IMG/VR virus record: IMGVR_UViG_2609459847_000005
Reading direction: 5' to 3' (one strand)
Length of the DNA: 26,651 nt
Source: a virus
Taxonomy: Duplodnaviria > Heunggongvirae > Uroviricota > Caudoviricetes
This document shows positions 26,070 through 26,651 of this stretch, in pieces. The position numbers and the translations under genes are program-made. How positions within the stretch are numbered: position 1 is the first letter of the stretch; each line of letters opens with the position of its first letter. The notes beneath the pieces are model-generated. The model was not told where the DNA came from, made no database searches, and was given only the letters and a program-made list of their open reading frames with translations.

Positions 26070-26651
26070 GGTAATGACTCCAACTTATTGATAGTGTTTT
26101 ATGTTCAGATAATGCCCGATGACTTTGTCATGCAGCTCCACCGATTTTGAGAACGACAGCGACTTCCGTCCCAGCCGTGCCAGGTGCTGCCTCAGATTCA
26201 GGTTATGCCGCTCAATTCGCTGAGTGTAACGCTTGCTGATTACGTGCAGCTTTCCCTTCAGGCGGGATTCATACAGCGGCCAGCCATCCGTCATCCATAT
26301 CACCACGTCAAAGGGTGACAGCAGGCTCATAAGACGCCCCAGCGTCGCCATAGTGCGTTCACCGAATACGTGCGCAACAACCGTCTTCCGGAGCCTGTCA
26401 TACGCGTAAAACAGCCAGCGCTGGCGCGATTTAGCCCCGACGTATCCCCACTGTTCGTCCATTTCCGCGCAGACGATGACGTCACTGCCCGGCTGTATGC
26501 GCGAGGTTACCGACTGCGGCCTGAGTTTTTTAAATGGCGGAAAATCGTGTTGAGGCCAACGCCCATAATGCGGGCGGTTGCCCGGCATCCAACGCCATTC
26601 ATGGCCATATCAATGATTTTCTGGTGCGTACCGGGTTGAGAAGCGGTGTAA
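26070..26651 (-). mobile_element. IS1 insertion sequence (partial; continues beyond window end)
   Basis: Sequence from 26070 (GGTAATGACTCCAACTTATTGATAGTGTTTTATGTTCAGATAATGCCCGATGAC...) matches the IS1 right inverted repeat and body as recalled; contains insB. Confidence 0.9.
26085..26588 (-). CDS. insB: IS1 transposase InsB (C-terminal part of InsAB')
   Basis: 167-aa [53 protein letters not shown]... recognised as IS1 InsB. Confidence 0.9.
   Translation of the reverse strand: MPGNRPHYGRWPQHDFPPFKKLRPQSVTSRIQPGSDVIVCAEMDEQWGYVGAKSRQRWLFYAYDRLRKTVVAHVFGERTMATLGRLMSLLSPFDVVIWMTDGWPLYESRLKGKLHVISKRYTQRIERHNLNLRQHLARLGRKSLSFSKSVELHDKVIGHYLNIKHYQ

Noticed and set aside
26370-26639. 89-aa plus-strand ORF inside IS1
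   Set aside because: Antisense to the IS1 insA/insB region; not a known IS1 product.

Overview
This window is the right-hand two-thirds of a P2/186-family temperate prophage, followed by an attachment junction and the start of a second integrative element. On the minus strand it carries tail and baseplate genes (H partial, I, J, W, V), tail completion genes (S, R), a lysis cassette, and head genes (L, M, N, O). Terminase P and portal Q lie on the plus strand, followed by a probable cos site, the rolling-circle replication gene A, a dam methylase, a 186-type switch region (cII, apl-like, cI) and int. After int comes a 45-nt copy of the ssrA (tmRNA) 3' end, a CP4-57/IntA-type integrase, and a partial IS1 that appears to truncate a serine-recombinase-like gene. 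Four visibly AT-rich cargo loci interrupt the GC-rich phage backbone and are the best candidates for accessory or anti-phage functions: (1) a 176-aa orphan gene wedged between S and V; (2) a zinc-ribbon protein between Q and cos; (3) a membrane-anchored protein plus a small protein between the LexA-controlled tum/DinI-like module and cos; (4) a 577-aa P-loop kinase / dCMP-deaminase fusion between int and the att core. The deaminase fusion matches the architecture of the known AvcD/DCD nucleotide-depletion defence family; the other three have no family I can name and are the most likely place for something undescribed. All calls rest on reading the sequence and the supplied ORF track; no database search was run. 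The ORF track treats GTG/TTG as starts, so several starts were moved to internal ATG/GTG codons with a Shine-Dalgarno.
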